DNA from: Thermoplasmatota archaeon
GTDB taxonomy: Archaea; Thermoplasmatota; E2; JACPAO01; JAHFTW01
DNA: 64,000 nucleotides
Reading direction: 5' to 3'
NCBI GenBank assembly: GCA_041601615.1
Contig: JBFIHX010000002.1
Span: 64,001-128,000, forward strand
Position 1 is the first letter of the stretch. Every line of letters begins with the position of its first letter. The position numbers and the translations under genes are program-made. A model generated the notes under the pieces. The model ran no database searches. It worked only from the letters and a program-made list of their open reading frames with translations, and was not told the origin of the DNA. Shown in pieces: positions 19,459-29,620 of this stretch.

Positions 19459-21021
19459 ATGACCGACGACCTTGATCTGTCCCGATTCGAGACCCCCATC
19501 ATCCTTCGCAAGGCCACCCCTGACGATTTCGAGGCCATCATTGCACTCCAACTGCGCTGCTTTCCCGGCATGAAGACTTGGAAAGTCCAACAATTGGAAG
19601 CACACCACGCCATGTTCCCAGAAGGACAGTTCGTGGTCGAAGTGGAAGGCACCATCGTGGGCAGCGCCAGCAGCCTCGTGGTGGACTTGGACGAACACGG
19701 CGAACACCACACCTTCGACGAAGTCACCGCCGGCGGCAGCCTAGGCACCCACGACCCCGACGGGCCCGACCTGTACGGCATCGAAGTGATGGTCGACCCC
19801 GAATACCGCGGCATGCGCATCGGCCAGCGGCTCTACGAAGCACGCCAAGAACTCTGCATGCAACTAGACCTGCGCCGCATCGTCATCGCTGGCCGAATGC
19901 CCGGCTACGCCAAACACGCCGACAGCATGACGCCCCGCGAATACGTCCAAGCCGTCATGCGCAACGACCTCTACGACCCCGTCCTCGGATTCCAGGTACG
20001 CAACAGCTTCGTCCCCAAGCGCATCCTCCAAGGCTACCTGCCCAACGACGAAGAAAGCAAGGGATTCGCCGTGCTGATGGAATGGAACAACATCGAACAC
20101 CGAGCCAACACACGCCGCTTCAAAGCCGCTCAACCCGTGCGCATCTGCATCATCCAATACAAACTGCGCAAAATCACCTCCTTCGAAGACTTCGCCAGGC
20201 AAACCGAATACTTCGTAGACGTGGCCGCCAACTACCGCAGCGACTTCGCCGTATTCCCCGAACTCCTCACCACCCAGCTACTCTCTTCCATTCAAGAAAA
20301 AGCGCCTGCGCGAAGTGTGCGCGAATTGACCAAGCACACGGATGAGTACATGCGCCACTTCACCGACCTCGCGGTGCGCTACAACATCAACATCATCGGC
20401 GGCAGCCACATCGTCGAGGAAGAAGGCCGCTTGCACAACGTGGCATTCCTGTTTCGACGCGACGGCACCATCGACCGCCAAGAAAAGGTCCACATCACGC
20501 CCAACGAACGACGCTGGTGGGGCATCGACGCCGGCAACGAAATCCGCGTCCTGGAAACCGACGTGGGCCCCGTCGCCATCTGCATCTGCTACGACGTGGA
20601 ATTCCCAGAAATGGCCCGCCTCGCCGTGGATCGAGGAGCCCGCATCCTGTTCGTACCCTACTGCACAGAAGACCGCCAAGGCCACCTACGAGTGCGCTAC
20701 TGCGCCCAAGCACGCGCCGTGGAAAACCAAGTGTACGTGGTCACCGCCGGCACCGTTGGCAACCTCCCCGACACCCAAAACATGGACATCCAGTACGCCC
20801 AATCCGCCATCTTCACGCCCAGCGACTTCGCATTCCCTCGCGACGGACTTGCCGCCGAAGCGACCGCCAACGTGGAGACCGTCGTGGTGGGCGACGTGGA
20901 CCTCGAAGTGCTGCGACGCAACCGGCGCTCCGGCACCGTGATGCAGCTGCGCGACCGGCGCCACGACCTTTACGGCATCATCGACCACAAAACGCAGGAC
21001 TCGGCGACGAAAATCTCCTAG
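19459..21021 (+). CDS. GNAT acetyltransferase / carbon-nitrogen hydrolase fusion
   Basis: VDPEYRGMRIGQRLY (GNAT); FPE, QEKVHIT and ICYDVEFPE (nitrilase triad). Confidence 0.93.
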   Translation: MTDDLDLSRFETPIILRKATPDDFEAIIALQLRCFPGMKTWKVQQLEAHHAMFPEGQFVVEVEGTIVGSASSLVVDLDEHGEHHTFDEVTAGGSLGTHDPDGPDLYGIEVMVDPEYRGMRIGQRLYEARQELCMQLDLRRIVIAGRMPGYAKHADSMTPREYVQAVMRNDLYDPVLGFQVRNSFVPKRILQGYLPNDEESKGFAVLMEWNNIEHRANTRRFKAAQPVRICIIQYKLRKITSFEDFARQTEYFVDVAANYRSDFAVFPELLTTQLLSSIQEKAPARSVRELTKHTDEYMRHFTDLAVRYNINIIGGSHIVEEEGRLHNVAFLFRRDGTIDRQEKVHITPNERRWWGIDAGNEIRVLETDVGPVAICICYDVEFPEMARLAVDRGARILFVPYCTEDRQGHLRVRYCAQARAVENQVYVVTAGTVGNLPDTQNMDIQYAQSAIFTPSDFAFPRDGLAAEATANVETVVVGDVDLEVLRRNRRSGTVMQLRDRRHDLYGIIDHKTQDSATKIS

Positions 21022-21069
21022 GACCCACCCCACCCGCGTCAAAAGCCCGGCGCCGGGCCCGCTGCTCGT

Positions 21070-21651
21070 TCAGTCGCTCCAGCTACTGCGCATGCGCTCC
21101 ACCTGCGCCTCCATCTTCATCAACAAGTCCTGGAGCTTACTGGCCGCCTTCTCTGCCTTCGGCTCCAAATCTTGGTTGCACAGAACATTGACGTAGTTTT
21201 GTGCCGCCGCAAGCGTATTGGCGTGGTCGTGGAACAAGTCCACGATTTCCTTGCGACCAATCGCGGTGGCACGATCCACGGGGCCAGGCGGCGCATCGCC
21301 TAGAAACCGCTCCAATACGTCCGCCAGTTGCTGCTGCGTAAACGGCTTGGGCAGTGAACCCCAAGCGCCGTGCTTGCGCGCCAATTGCTCCAGTTGCGGA
21401 TTGGCCGAGAAAAACACAAGCGGCACGTCGGCGGTGGCCGGATGGGACTTGATGTTGGCAACGAGCCCAGAGAGACTGATGCCGGCCATTTTCAAATCCT
21501 GCAAAATGAGGTCCAGTGGCGCCTTTTCGGCCGCTTCAAACAACAGATCAGGATCCTGCACGGCGATCGGTTCGTGCCCGAGCAGTTCCAATTGCATGAC
21601 CATGGACTCCAATACGTCGGCGTCGTCGTCGGCAATGAGAATACGGGCCAT
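21070..21651 (-). CDS. response regulator with C-terminal His-containing helical domain
   Basis: ILIADDD; LQDLKM; FFSA; LPKPF; tail LFHDHANTL. Confidence 0.85.
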   Translation of the reverse strand: MARILIADDDADVLESMVMQLELLGHEPIAVQDPDLLFEAAEKAPLDLILQDLKMAGISLSGLVANIKSHPATADVPLVFFSANPQLEQLARKHGAWGSLPKPFTQQQLADVLERFLGDAPPGPVDRATAIGRKEIVDLFHDHANTLAAAQNYVNVLCNQDLEPKAEKAASKLQDLLMKMEAQVERMRSSWSD

Positions 21652-21941
21652 GGTCCTGCCAAACTTGTCTTGAAGGCTCTTGAACCCATCGGACCACGTT
21701 CACGAGCCCCAATCGCCCCATGCCGCGGGCAAAAACGCGCCCGGAGAAGCAACTTCGACCCAACCTCCAGCATCCGCCGAGCCAACACTGCGGCACAGAA
21801 TCAACCCATCCTGCAAGCCCCACGCCCGCCACCCCCAATTCCTGCCAAATCAACCATTTGCTTGCCCGATTTCACCAAATCCATATCTGCTAAAACCTAG
21901 GAAGCCACCAAGACGTTCAAGACCCATCAAGTCATCCCACC

Positions 21942-22607
21942 ATGATGAGCGAAACGATGGACCGCCGCGTCTTCCTTCGCAATACGGCACTTGTAGCAGG
22001 AGGTGCTGCCGTCGGAGGATTCGGTGTCCTCGCGTTCCAAGCCGCAACCGATGCTGAAACCCCAACCGCGCCGGCACCCATCACGCACCCCGGCACCACC
22101 ACGCCCGTGCGCATCGCGGACCTCCAAGGCCCCATGCCCTCCTTGGTCGCTGCTGAATTTGCAGGAAAATCGGCAATCGTGCTCAAAGTACCCCTCGCAA
22201 CGCTGCGCGCCGCCGCCGACGCCAGAGGCTACGACACGGGACAGTACGCAGTGCGCCACCCCGATGAGCCCGACGCAGCACTCCTCGTGTATGATGGGCA
22301 ATGTACGCACCTAGGCTGTATCGTGGGATGGGACCAACGGCTCGGCGCAAGCCTCGATTTTCCCGACTACGACGAGGACGGCAAAGAGGACGGACGGCTC
22401 CTGTGCCCATGCCACCAATCACAATTCGACGTGTATGACCTTGCCAACAACCTCCCTGGCATGCCGGCAAAACGACCGCTCGACGTGATTCCCTTCCTCA
22501 TCATGCCCTCCAAGGACGGCGCATACCTCGTGGGCGAGCGCCGCATCCGACAGGACTCGACGCGAGCGGCAGACACGCGGGGCGCGGGGGCGGAGTTCAG
22601 TCTCTAG
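21942..22607 (+). CDS. Tat-exported Rieske [2Fe-2S] protein
   Basis: DRRVFL twin-arginine motif + TM; CTHLGC and CPCHQSQF. Confidence 0.9.
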   Translation: MMSETMDRRVFLRNTALVAGGAAVGGFGVLAFQAATDAETPTAPAPITHPGTTTPVRIADLQGPMPSLVAAEFAGKSAIVLKVPLATLRAAADARGYDTGQYAVRHPDEPDAALLVYDGQCTHLGCIVGWDQRLGASLDFPDYDEDGKEDGRLLCPCHQSQFDVYDLANNLPGMPAKRPLDVIPFLIMPSKDGAYLVGERRIRQDSTRAADTRGAGAEFSL

Positions 22608-22622
22608 TCCAATCCCCGAACG

Positions 22623-23276
22623 CTAACGCCCCGGCACGTTGCCCCAAACAAGCTTGTGCAATTGTACGCCCACATGAACCGGCAGCGCCTCGGTCTCGGC
22701 AAGAAGCCACTCCGTAATGTGTCCAAGCTCTACGCCTCCGACGGGATTGAAGTAGACGGGGCAGGGCGGCAGGCCACGTTCGCGCAGCATCGCAACGGCG
22801 TAGTCGTAGTCCGTGCGGTCGGCGATGACGAATTTGAGTTGGTCCGAGGCACGCAGCAAGAGCATGTGCTCCGGCTTGTTCTTGGCCGATTCTCCACTGC
22901 TTGGGCACTTGACGTCCATGCTGATGCACAACCGAGCGCGGGCTTCGGGCGGGTAGGCGTTGGCGCGGCCGAAGTCTAGGTTGCCGGCAGTTTCTACGAG
23001 CACTCCGTAACCGTCCGCCAGGAGCCGGTCCATGAAGTCCCAGGCCTCCTTTTGCAGCAACGGCTCGCCGCCGGTGAAACAGACTTCCTTGGTGGGTTGT
23101 GCGCGCACGAACTCGATGACCTCGTCCAGTTTGCGCTCTTCGCCGCCCGTGAAGGTGTAGGCGGCGTCGCACCAGGAGCAACGCAAGTGGCACCCGGTGG
23201 TGCGCACGAACGTCGTCGGGATGCCGGCGCGGCGGCCCTCGCCTTGGATGCTGTAAAACATCTCAGTGATGCGCAC
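22623..23276 (-). CDS. queE: 7-carboxy-7-deazaguanine synthase (radical SAM)
   Basis: EMFYSIQGEG; CHLRCSWCD; TGGEPLLQ; QLHK. Confidence 0.93.
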   Translation of the reverse strand: MRITEMFYSIQGEGRRAGIPTTFVRTTGCHLRCSWCDAAYTFTGGEERKLDEVIEFVRAQPTKEVCFTGGEPLLQKEAWDFMDRLLADGYGVLVETAGNLDFGRANAYPPEARARLCISMDVKCPSSGESAKNKPEHMLLLRASDQLKFVIADRTDYDYAVAMLRERGLPPCPVYFNPVGGVELGHITEWLLAETEALPVHVGVQLHKLVWGNVPGR

Positions 23277-23312
23277 AACCCGTTCGAGCCGGCACCTGAT
23301 TTCAGGGTTTGC

Positions 23313-24095
23313 CTAGGTTGACTCTTCCAGCTCTTCCATATCGTCGTGGGCGCCGGGCGTGCTTTTGGGCACGTTGAATGCCAGCTTGATGAGGACCGGA
23401 ATCAGGAACAGGCCGAGGGTGAAGGCGATGCTGAACCCGTCGTGGATTTCGTAGCCGTGGCCGTCGTTGAACCGGGACCAGCCGAGGATGAGTTTGATAC
23501 CCACGAACGAGACCGCGATGTAGGCCATGTGTTCCAGCAGCGGGAGCCAGTCCATGACGCGCACCACGAAGGAGGCGGCAAAGCGCAGGGCCAGGATGCC
23601 GATGACGCTGGCGATGATGATGAGATAGAGTCTGTCAGGGTGCGGGTAGTCCTCCACGAAGCCGACGGCCGCCACGACCTGATCGAGCGCAAAGGCGAGG
23701 TCCACCAGTTCAATTTGGATGATGGTGGCAACGAACGCCGGCACGCCTAGCCGCATGAGCCAAGTGGGCGCACTTTCGGGTGCCGCGTGGGCATGCTCCG
23801 GTTTGTGCTGGAGCACGTGCATGAGATGACGAATTCCCAGATACAACAGGTAGGCGCCACCGATGAGCTTCAGCCATTCGTTTTTGAGCAGGAACGCGGC
23901 AAGCAAGATGGCGGTGATGCGCAGGACGTAGGCGCCGACGAGACCGTACAGGAGCGCCTTTTTGCGGTCCTTCTTGGGCAACCTGCGAACCAGCGCCGCG
24001 AGGATGGCGGCGTTGTCGAACGAGAGCACGGCCTCCAGGACCAGCAGCGTTCCGACCACGAGTGCGTATTCCCCAAAAACCTCCATGGACACCAT
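23313..24095 (-). CDS. TerC-family membrane protein
   Basis: LEAVLSFDNA; ELVDLAFALD; LEH...VGIKL. Confidence 0.92.
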   Translation of the reverse strand: MVSMEVFGEYALVVGTLLVLEAVLSFDNAAILAALVRRLPKKDRKKALLYGLVGAYVLRITAILLAAFLLKNEWLKLIGGAYLLYLGIRHLMHVLQHKPEHAHAAPESAPTWLMRLGVPAFVATIIQIELVDLAFALDQVVAAVGFVEDYPHPDRLYLIIIASVIGILALRFAASFVVRVMDWLPLLEHMAYIAVSFVGIKLILGWSRFNDGHGYEIHDGFSIAFTLGLFLIPVLIKLAFNVPKSTPGAHDDMEELEEST

Positions 24096-24787
24096 CAGCG
24101 CACCTCGTACTGAATCGGGTCTACGGCGCCGGCCTCTTCAAACCCGCGTAGTCGAAGCGTGCAGGATTCGCAGGTGCCGCACGCTCGGTCGCCGCCTCGG
24201 TAGCAACTCCAAGTCAAGTGCAACGGGGCATCGTGTTCGGTGCCGGCGCGAACGATGTCGGCCTTGGTCATTTCCACGAGAGGCGCCAAGAGCCGGGGGC
24301 CTGCGCCTTCGATTCCTTGCTTGGTGGCAAGATCTGCGACATGCTGCATGGCCGCGAGGTATTCGGGCCGGCAGTCGGGGTAGCCACTGTAGTCCATCGC
24401 GTTGATGCCAAGGAAAATCGCTTCGGCTTCGACCACTTCGGCGTAGGCGAGCGCGAAACTCAGAAAGACCGTATTGCGGGCAGGAACGTAGGTGACCGGG
24501 ATGCTGCCGCCAATCGCTTCTGGGTCCGTGGGCGCATCGGGCACCGCAAGATCTGCGTCCGTGAGCGCCGACCCGCCAAGCCGTCCCAGCGGCAGGGACA
24601 ATATTTCGTGGCGCTTGACACCTAGGGCAGAGGCGACGGCACGAGCGCATTCCAATTCTCGGCGGTGCCGCTGGCCATAGTCAAAGCTGAGGGCATACAA
24701 CTCGTAGCCTTCGCTCTTGGCGATGGCCGCACTGGTCGTGCTGTCAAGGCCGCCGGACAGGAGAACGACCGCCTTCTTGGCTGCCAC
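24095..24787 (-). CDS. queC: 7-cyano-7-deazaguanine synthase
   Basis: LLSGGLDS; FDYGQRH; TYVPARN; YSGYPDCR; [13 protein letters not shown]. Confidence 0.96.
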   Translation of the reverse strand: MAAKKAVVLLSGGLDSTTSAAIAKSEGYELYALSFDYGQRHRRELECARAVASALGVKRHEILSLPLGRLGGSALTDADLAVPDAPTDPEAIGGSIPVTYVPARNTVFLSFALAYAEVVEAEAIFLGINAMDYSGYPDCRPEYLAAMQHVADLATKQGIEGAGPRLLAPLVEMTKADIVRAGTEHDAPLHLTWSCYRGGDRACGTCESCTLRLRGFEEAGAVDPIQYEVR

Positions 24788-24853
24788 GCGGACGCCGAGT
24801 CCGGCGCTCGCCTTAAGGTCGCGGAATGGACTACTTGCCCGAACCGTAGCCAA

Positions 24854-27571
24854 TCAGGCTGCGACGGCCTCAGGTTTTGCTACACTTGCGGCAACGGACA
24901 CCGGCTCTTCAGCGGGAATCAACCGAGTTGCTCCGATGAGCTGTAGCTCCAAGCGCGGCTCCTGCTTTTCGCGCTCTCGCTCCAAGCGCGCCTTGAACTC
25001 GCCGTCCAGTTCCTCCTCGCGGCGGTTGTTCTTGAACGTCATTTCGTGGAGTTGCTCCTCCAGCTTGCCGTACTGGCCCTCCAACTTGCGTTCGCGCACT
25101 CCATCTTCGGTGAAGTACAACCGGCTGCGAATTTCGCCCATCTTGCGGCGGATCTTCGACTCGTCCAGGCGGATCTCTTCCTTTTGGCGCTCGAAGTAGT
25201 CCTCCAGGCGCTTCTCGGTGCGGCGCAGTTCTTCGGCCGCCTCCTCGCGCTTCTTTTGCAAGACCGGGGCGACGATGGCGCCCACTTCGTAGCGGCCCTT
25301 TTCGAGCACAGCTTCGCGTTGCTCCTTCGTAAGGGGCCGGGGCACACGGACTGCCTCGCCATCGGGCACTTTCCACATGCCTTCCTCCACGAACAGAACC
25401 TCGCCATTGTCGTCCGTGACGACGCTGACAAAGTCCTCCGTTTCGCTGCGAATGGTCTCGATGAAGTAGCGGTAGTAGAGCACCGTGGCGCGTTCGTCCA
25501 CTTCCGCAGTGCGCACTTGGCCCACCGCGCCGTCTTGCTCCAGGACCTCCATGGCACTGTGCACGAACGGAGTTCCAAGGCTCAGCAATTCCACGGCGCC
25601 ATCTTGGTCGTCAAACACGTCCGGCTTGGTGGTGTAGTGGTAGTTGCCCCCGACGCGCTTCCAGTACGTCCGTGGCATCTTGATGGTCGTAATTCCGGCA
25701 GCCTCTGCCAGCTCTGCGCCCACCACGAGGGCAAAGTCGCGCACGAACTGCTCCACGCGGGCCTCCAGGTTCGTGGAGTCCTCGATCGTCACGTCGTCGT
25801 CGGCCGTGGACAAGTCAAATTGCTGGAACACACTGGCGTCGAGTTCCTTGATGACCTCAGCGTCCTTCTTGCTGCGGCGCACCTCGGCCTCGACCTTGGC
25901 CATGGCGTCCTTGATGTCCTCATCCTCCTTGCTCATGAGGATGGCGTCCATGATGCGCTTCTCGATGCCGCCGGTCTCGTTGATGTCCGAGAGAATCAGA
26001 TCCATTTCACCAATGGCGACCTCGAACAAACGAATCTTCTCATACAACACCTGCAAGACGTAGTCTTCAATGGTGTCGGCGACCGCCAGATTCAGAATCA
26101 CAACGTTGTCGCGCTCTTGGCCAATGCGGTGGATACGACCGATGCGCTGCTCGACCCGCATGGGGTTCCACGGCAAGTCGTAGTTGACGAGGATGTTGCA
26201 AAATTGCAGGTTCAGACCCTCCGAACCACTGTCCGTGCACACCAGCACCCGGCAGCCGTCGCCTCGGAACTCGTTCAGAGCCGCTTGCCTGCGGCCGGCC
26301 GTCAATTGACCGTGGTACTTGATGTTGGAAATGCCCTCTTGTTTGAGGCGGCGCGACAGCAGCTCCTGGGTTTCTCGGAACTGCGTGAAGATGATCATCT
26401 TCTCATTCGTGCTCTTGGCCACATCGATAATGAGATTCGCCTTCGTGTTGCGCTTGACGGAGTCTGCCTTGTGCTGCAGCTCCTCCATGGCCAAAAGGAC
26501 ATCCGGGTCCGTGATCTTCGCCATCATGTTGCCAAGCGTCTTGCTAAGCGCAGGGGCAGAACTTGCCACCTCGCGCTCCAAGATCATCAAGGCCAGGTGG
26601 CTGTCGAAGTAGCTCTTGTAGTTGCGAATGAAATCGCTGACCGCCTTGTGCAGTTCGTACTCGCCCTTGCTTGCCTGGAGGCGGTGCGTCTCCACCTTAC
26701 GCTCCGGGAATTTGAGGCCCGTTTCGCTTCGCCGGTTTCGAATCATCACTTGCTCAAGCAGACGCTGAAGTCGCTTGGCGTGCAGCAAAACACGGCCCTG
26801 CGCGTCGCCCACATACTCCTCCTCGAAGTTCTGGAGCGTGCCGAGCAAGCCCGGTTTGATGAGATTGATCAGATTGTACAACTCGATCAAGTTGTTTTGA
26901 ATCGGTGTCGCCGTCAGCATCAGGGCGTGGCGGGCGCTGATGTCGTCTGCCAGCGCGTACCGCTGCGTCTTCTTGTTCTTGAGGTAGTGTGCCTCATCCA
27001 CCACCACGAGGTCCCACTCGCGGCCAATGATGTCGGGGTAATGCGACGCGGACTTTGCCGTGTCAATGCTGGTTACGAGCTTGTCGTGGTGCGAAAAGCC
27101 CCGGAACTCCGGCTCGTCGTGCCGAATGAACCGTTCTCCGAATTTGTCCCACAGTTCCTGCTGCCACTGCGACGCAAGCGCCGCGGGCGTCAGAATCAGC
27201 ACCGACTTCGCCTTCCCTCGGCTAATCAATTCCTTCATCACGATGCCGGCCTCGATAGTCTTACCGAGACCCACTTCGTCTGCCAAGATCGCTCGGCCCT
27301 GCATTTGGTTCAAGACGCGAATTGCGGCCTTCACCTGGTGGGGCAAAATCTTGATTTTGCGGCGAAGATGACTCAGCGTCGTGATCCCTTCATGCCGCAT
27401 CGCCTTCAGGCGGTGGGCGTCCAGGTTCAGCAAATGGATATCCGTCGGGGCATAGTTGCCCTTGATGATTCCATCCGCCACACGCAACGGATCTTCGATT
27501 GGATGACCGCGCAATGGGTCTCGGCGGGCACGTTTGAACAAGGATCCCTTGTTTGCTCCTTTCTCGGACAT
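24854..27571 (-). CDS. SNF2/RapA-related helicase with long C-terminal extension
   Basis: LADEVGLGKT; DEAH; TATPIQN; EGLNLQF; DLPWNPMRVEQRIGRIHRIGQ. Confidence 0.93.
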   Translation of the reverse strand: MSEKGANKGSLFKRARRDPLRGHPIEDPLRVADGIIKGNYAPTDIHLLNLDAHRLKAMRHEGITTLSHLRRKIKILPHQVKAAIRVLNQMQGRAILADEVGLGKTIEAGIVMKELISRGKAKSVLILTPAALASQWQQELWDKFGERFIRHDEPEFRGFSHHDKLVTSIDTAKSASHYPDIIGREWDLVVVDEAHYLKNKKTQRYALADDISARHALMLTATPIQNNLIELYNLINLIKPGLLGTLQNFEEEYVGDAQGRVLLHAKRLQRLLEQVMIRNRRSETGLKFPERKVETHRLQASKGEYELHKAVSDFIRNYKSYFDSHLALMILEREVASSAPALSKTLGNMMAKITDPDVLLAMEELQHKADSVKRNTKANLIIDVAKSTNEKMIIFTQFRETQELLSRRLKQEGISNIKYHGQLTAGRRQAALNEFRGDGCRVLVCTDSGSEGLNLQFCNILVNYDLPWNPMRVEQRIGRIHRIGQERDNVVILNLAVADTIEDYVLQVLYEKIRLFEVAIGEMDLILSDINETGGIEKRIMDAILMSKEDEDIKDAMAKVEAEVRRSKKDAEVIKELDASVFQQFDLSTADDDVTIEDSTNLEARVEQFVRDFALVVGAELAEAAGITTIKMPRTYWKRVGGNYHYTTKPDVFDDQDGAVELLSLGTPFVHSAMEVLEQDGAVGQVRTAEVDERATVLYYRYFIETIRSETEDFVSVVTDDNGEVLFVEEGMWKVPDGEAVRVPRPLTKEQREAVLEKGRYEVGAIVAPVLQKKREEAAEELRRTEKRLEDYFERQKEEIRLDESKIRRKMGEIRSRLYFTEDGVRERKLEGQYGKLEEQLHEMTFKNNRREEELDGEFKARLEREREKQEPRLELQLIGATRLIPAEEPVSVAASVAKPEAVAA

Positions 27572-27816
27572 GGGAAGGGGGGACGGTATTGCGGACAGGT
27601 ATGTCATGAAAAGGGTGGCGGTGGAGGACGACGGGACAAGCGCCCCTTCGCACGGAAAAAAGCGCCCGGCTCCGCACCACTACGATTCTGGCATCATGCT
27701 GTTTTTCTCCTGAATTCGAGGCGTAATCACAAGTCGTTTGCAGCCAAGCAACACCACCGACGAAGGGCAACCTACCCTAGGGCAAACGTCAAAGAATCCA
27801 CGGTTTTTCCATTTCT

Positions 27817-29589
27817 ATGTCCAGGTCGCTGCCCCTTCTGCCGGTTCTGGCCCTCTTATTTTTTAGCCCCAGTGCGCTGGCAGCCGACGATACCGAAGCA
27901 CCCATCCTCGAAGCATGGGCATTCGAACAAGACGAATACGACCCGGGCGACCAAGTCACCATCCATGGCCATGCTCGTGACAAATCGGGACTGGACGGCG
28001 TACTCGGACACATCTGGGGCCCGGACGAGGCGTTTCCCGTTTGGGTCCACGAAGAAAACTGCTCTGTGGACCAAGCAGGGCCATTCACCTGCACCATCAC
28101 GCTGACTGCCCAAGCGCCGGCCGGCACCTACCGATTGGAGCGGTGGAGTCTTCGAGACACCGTCGGACACACCCGACAAGAATACCACTCCGACCTCAGT
28201 GGTCGCGCCGGATTCGACTTATCCTTCGTGGTACGCGGCACCCACAGCGACCTCGAAGCGCCCAAACTGCACGGCATCCAAGTCCAAACACCCGTCATTC
28301 AAGCCGGCGAATTCGCCGAGGTGCACATCCAAGCAAGCGACGAAACCGGAATCCGGCATGCGAGCATCCAATTGACCTCCGACGGCCGCGCACCCGGCGT
28401 CTGGGGCGACTGCGACGTGATGGACGCGGATGCATCGCCGCAAGAATTCACTTGCTCCCTCCCGACGTGGGCAGAAACGCCCTCCGGCGCATACCGCGTC
28501 CAAGACGTCGCGCTGCGCGACCTCAACAACGTCGAACGAATCTACCGCACAGAGCAGGACTTCACCGATGGCGCCGACTACATCCTCAATCTCACCGTCG
28601 AAAACGGCAGCAACGACCTCGAACCCCCCATCATCGATTCCATCCTCGCAACGCCCGTCGTCCCCCGTGGCGGCACCTGGCTCGTCACCGTGCACGCTCA
28701 CGACAACCAAGCCGTCCAACAACTGCAAATCGACTTGCAAACACTCCAAGGCAACGCCTACCTCGCAAGCCATATTTGCCCTCTGAAATCGGCGCAAGAA
28801 GTCCAAGCGCATTGCGCCGGCACCATCCCCGAAAACTACCCCCTAGGTCCTGTAAAAATCTTGTTCGTAGCAGCCAGCGACCCCACCGGCAACAGCCAAA
28901 CCTGGTCCACCTGGGTCGGCAACAGCGTCGATTACGAACCCGGACCGCTCATGCACGACCGATTCTACATAGGCCCCCGCAACATCTCCCTCCCCGGCAT
29001 CCCCGTCGACGCCCTAGACGCCTACAACCTCGAAGCGCCCCCCGGCAGCGTGCTCTCATTTGCACTGCGCCTAACCGGAACCGCCACCGATTTGTCCTTC
29101 TGGCTGACAAACGATGCAGGCGATCGGTTGGGCGTCCAAAACTGCCACACAGAACACGACCTCGACGCCGTCGGCATTCGCTGCAAACTCATCGTGCCCC
29201 CCACAGCCACCGGCACATACACGCTCACGGCGGTGGCCGCCGACAACACCACCGTGCAAGTCGCCCAGGGCCTGCGAACCGTGGAGATCCGAGCCGGAGC
29301 CATCGCACCCGAAACCCTACCCGGCGATTGGCGCAACCACACGAAGGCTGGCGTCACCTTGGCTTCCTTCAACGGCGGCACCCGAGCACCCATCCCCGCC
29401 ACACCATGGAATGACGCAACGGACAACCCGACACACGCAAACGATGCAAACGGCACGGGCAGCCGCAACACCGTAACCTCCGGCGGCACCACCCAACCCG
29501 CACCGTCCCAAAACATACCCGCAGCCACAGCCCCATGGGCCCTCGTAGCGCTGGCAATGACCTTCCTTGCCGCAATGCGCCGCCGATAG
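27817..29589 (+). CDS. secreted surface protein with tandem Ig-like repeats and C-terminal anchor
   Basis: three about 120-aa repeats opening DTEAP / DLEAP / DLEPP; ends IPAA-TM-RRR. Confidence 0.8.
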   Translation: MSRSLPLLPVLALLFFSPSALAADDTEAPILEAWAFEQDEYDPGDQVTIHGHARDKSGLDGVLGHIWGPDEAFPVWVHEENCSVDQAGPFTCTITLTAQAPAGTYRLERWSLRDTVGHTRQEYHSDLSGRAGFDLSFVVRGTHSDLEAPKLHGIQVQTPVIQAGEFAEVHIQASDETGIRHASIQLTSDGRAPGVWGDCDVMDADASPQEFTCSLPTWAETPSGAYRVQDVALRDLNNVERIYRTEQDFTDGADYILNLTVENGSNDLEPPIIDSILATPVVPRGGTWLVTVHAHDNQAVQQLQIDLQTLQGNAYLASHICPLKSAQEVQAHCAGTIPENYPLGPVKILFVAASDPTGNSQTWSTWVGNSVDYEPGPLMHDRFYIGPRNISLPGIPVDALDAYNLEAPPGSVLSFALRLTGTATDLSFWLTNDAGDRLGVQNCHTEHDLDAVGIRCKLIVPPTATGTYTLTAVAADNTTVQVAQGLRTVEIRAGAIAPETLPGDWRNHTKAGVTLASFNGGTRAPIPATPWNDATDNPTHANDANGTGSRNTVTSGGTTQPAPSQNIPAATAPWALVALAMTFLAAMRRR

Positions 29590-29620
29590 TCCCAAGTCGC
29601 CGCCCCGATTCTGCTTTCGT

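Noticed and set aside
22623-27571. Dpd or Qat-type defence island
   Set aside because: QueC and QueE are canonical full-motif enzymes; no dpdA, TatD or Qat ATPase is seen. Kept only as a low-level finding
25046-28105. 1019-aa plus-strand ORF
   Set aside because: Antisense shadow of the SNF2 helicase caused by GC-rich codon bias; no motifs
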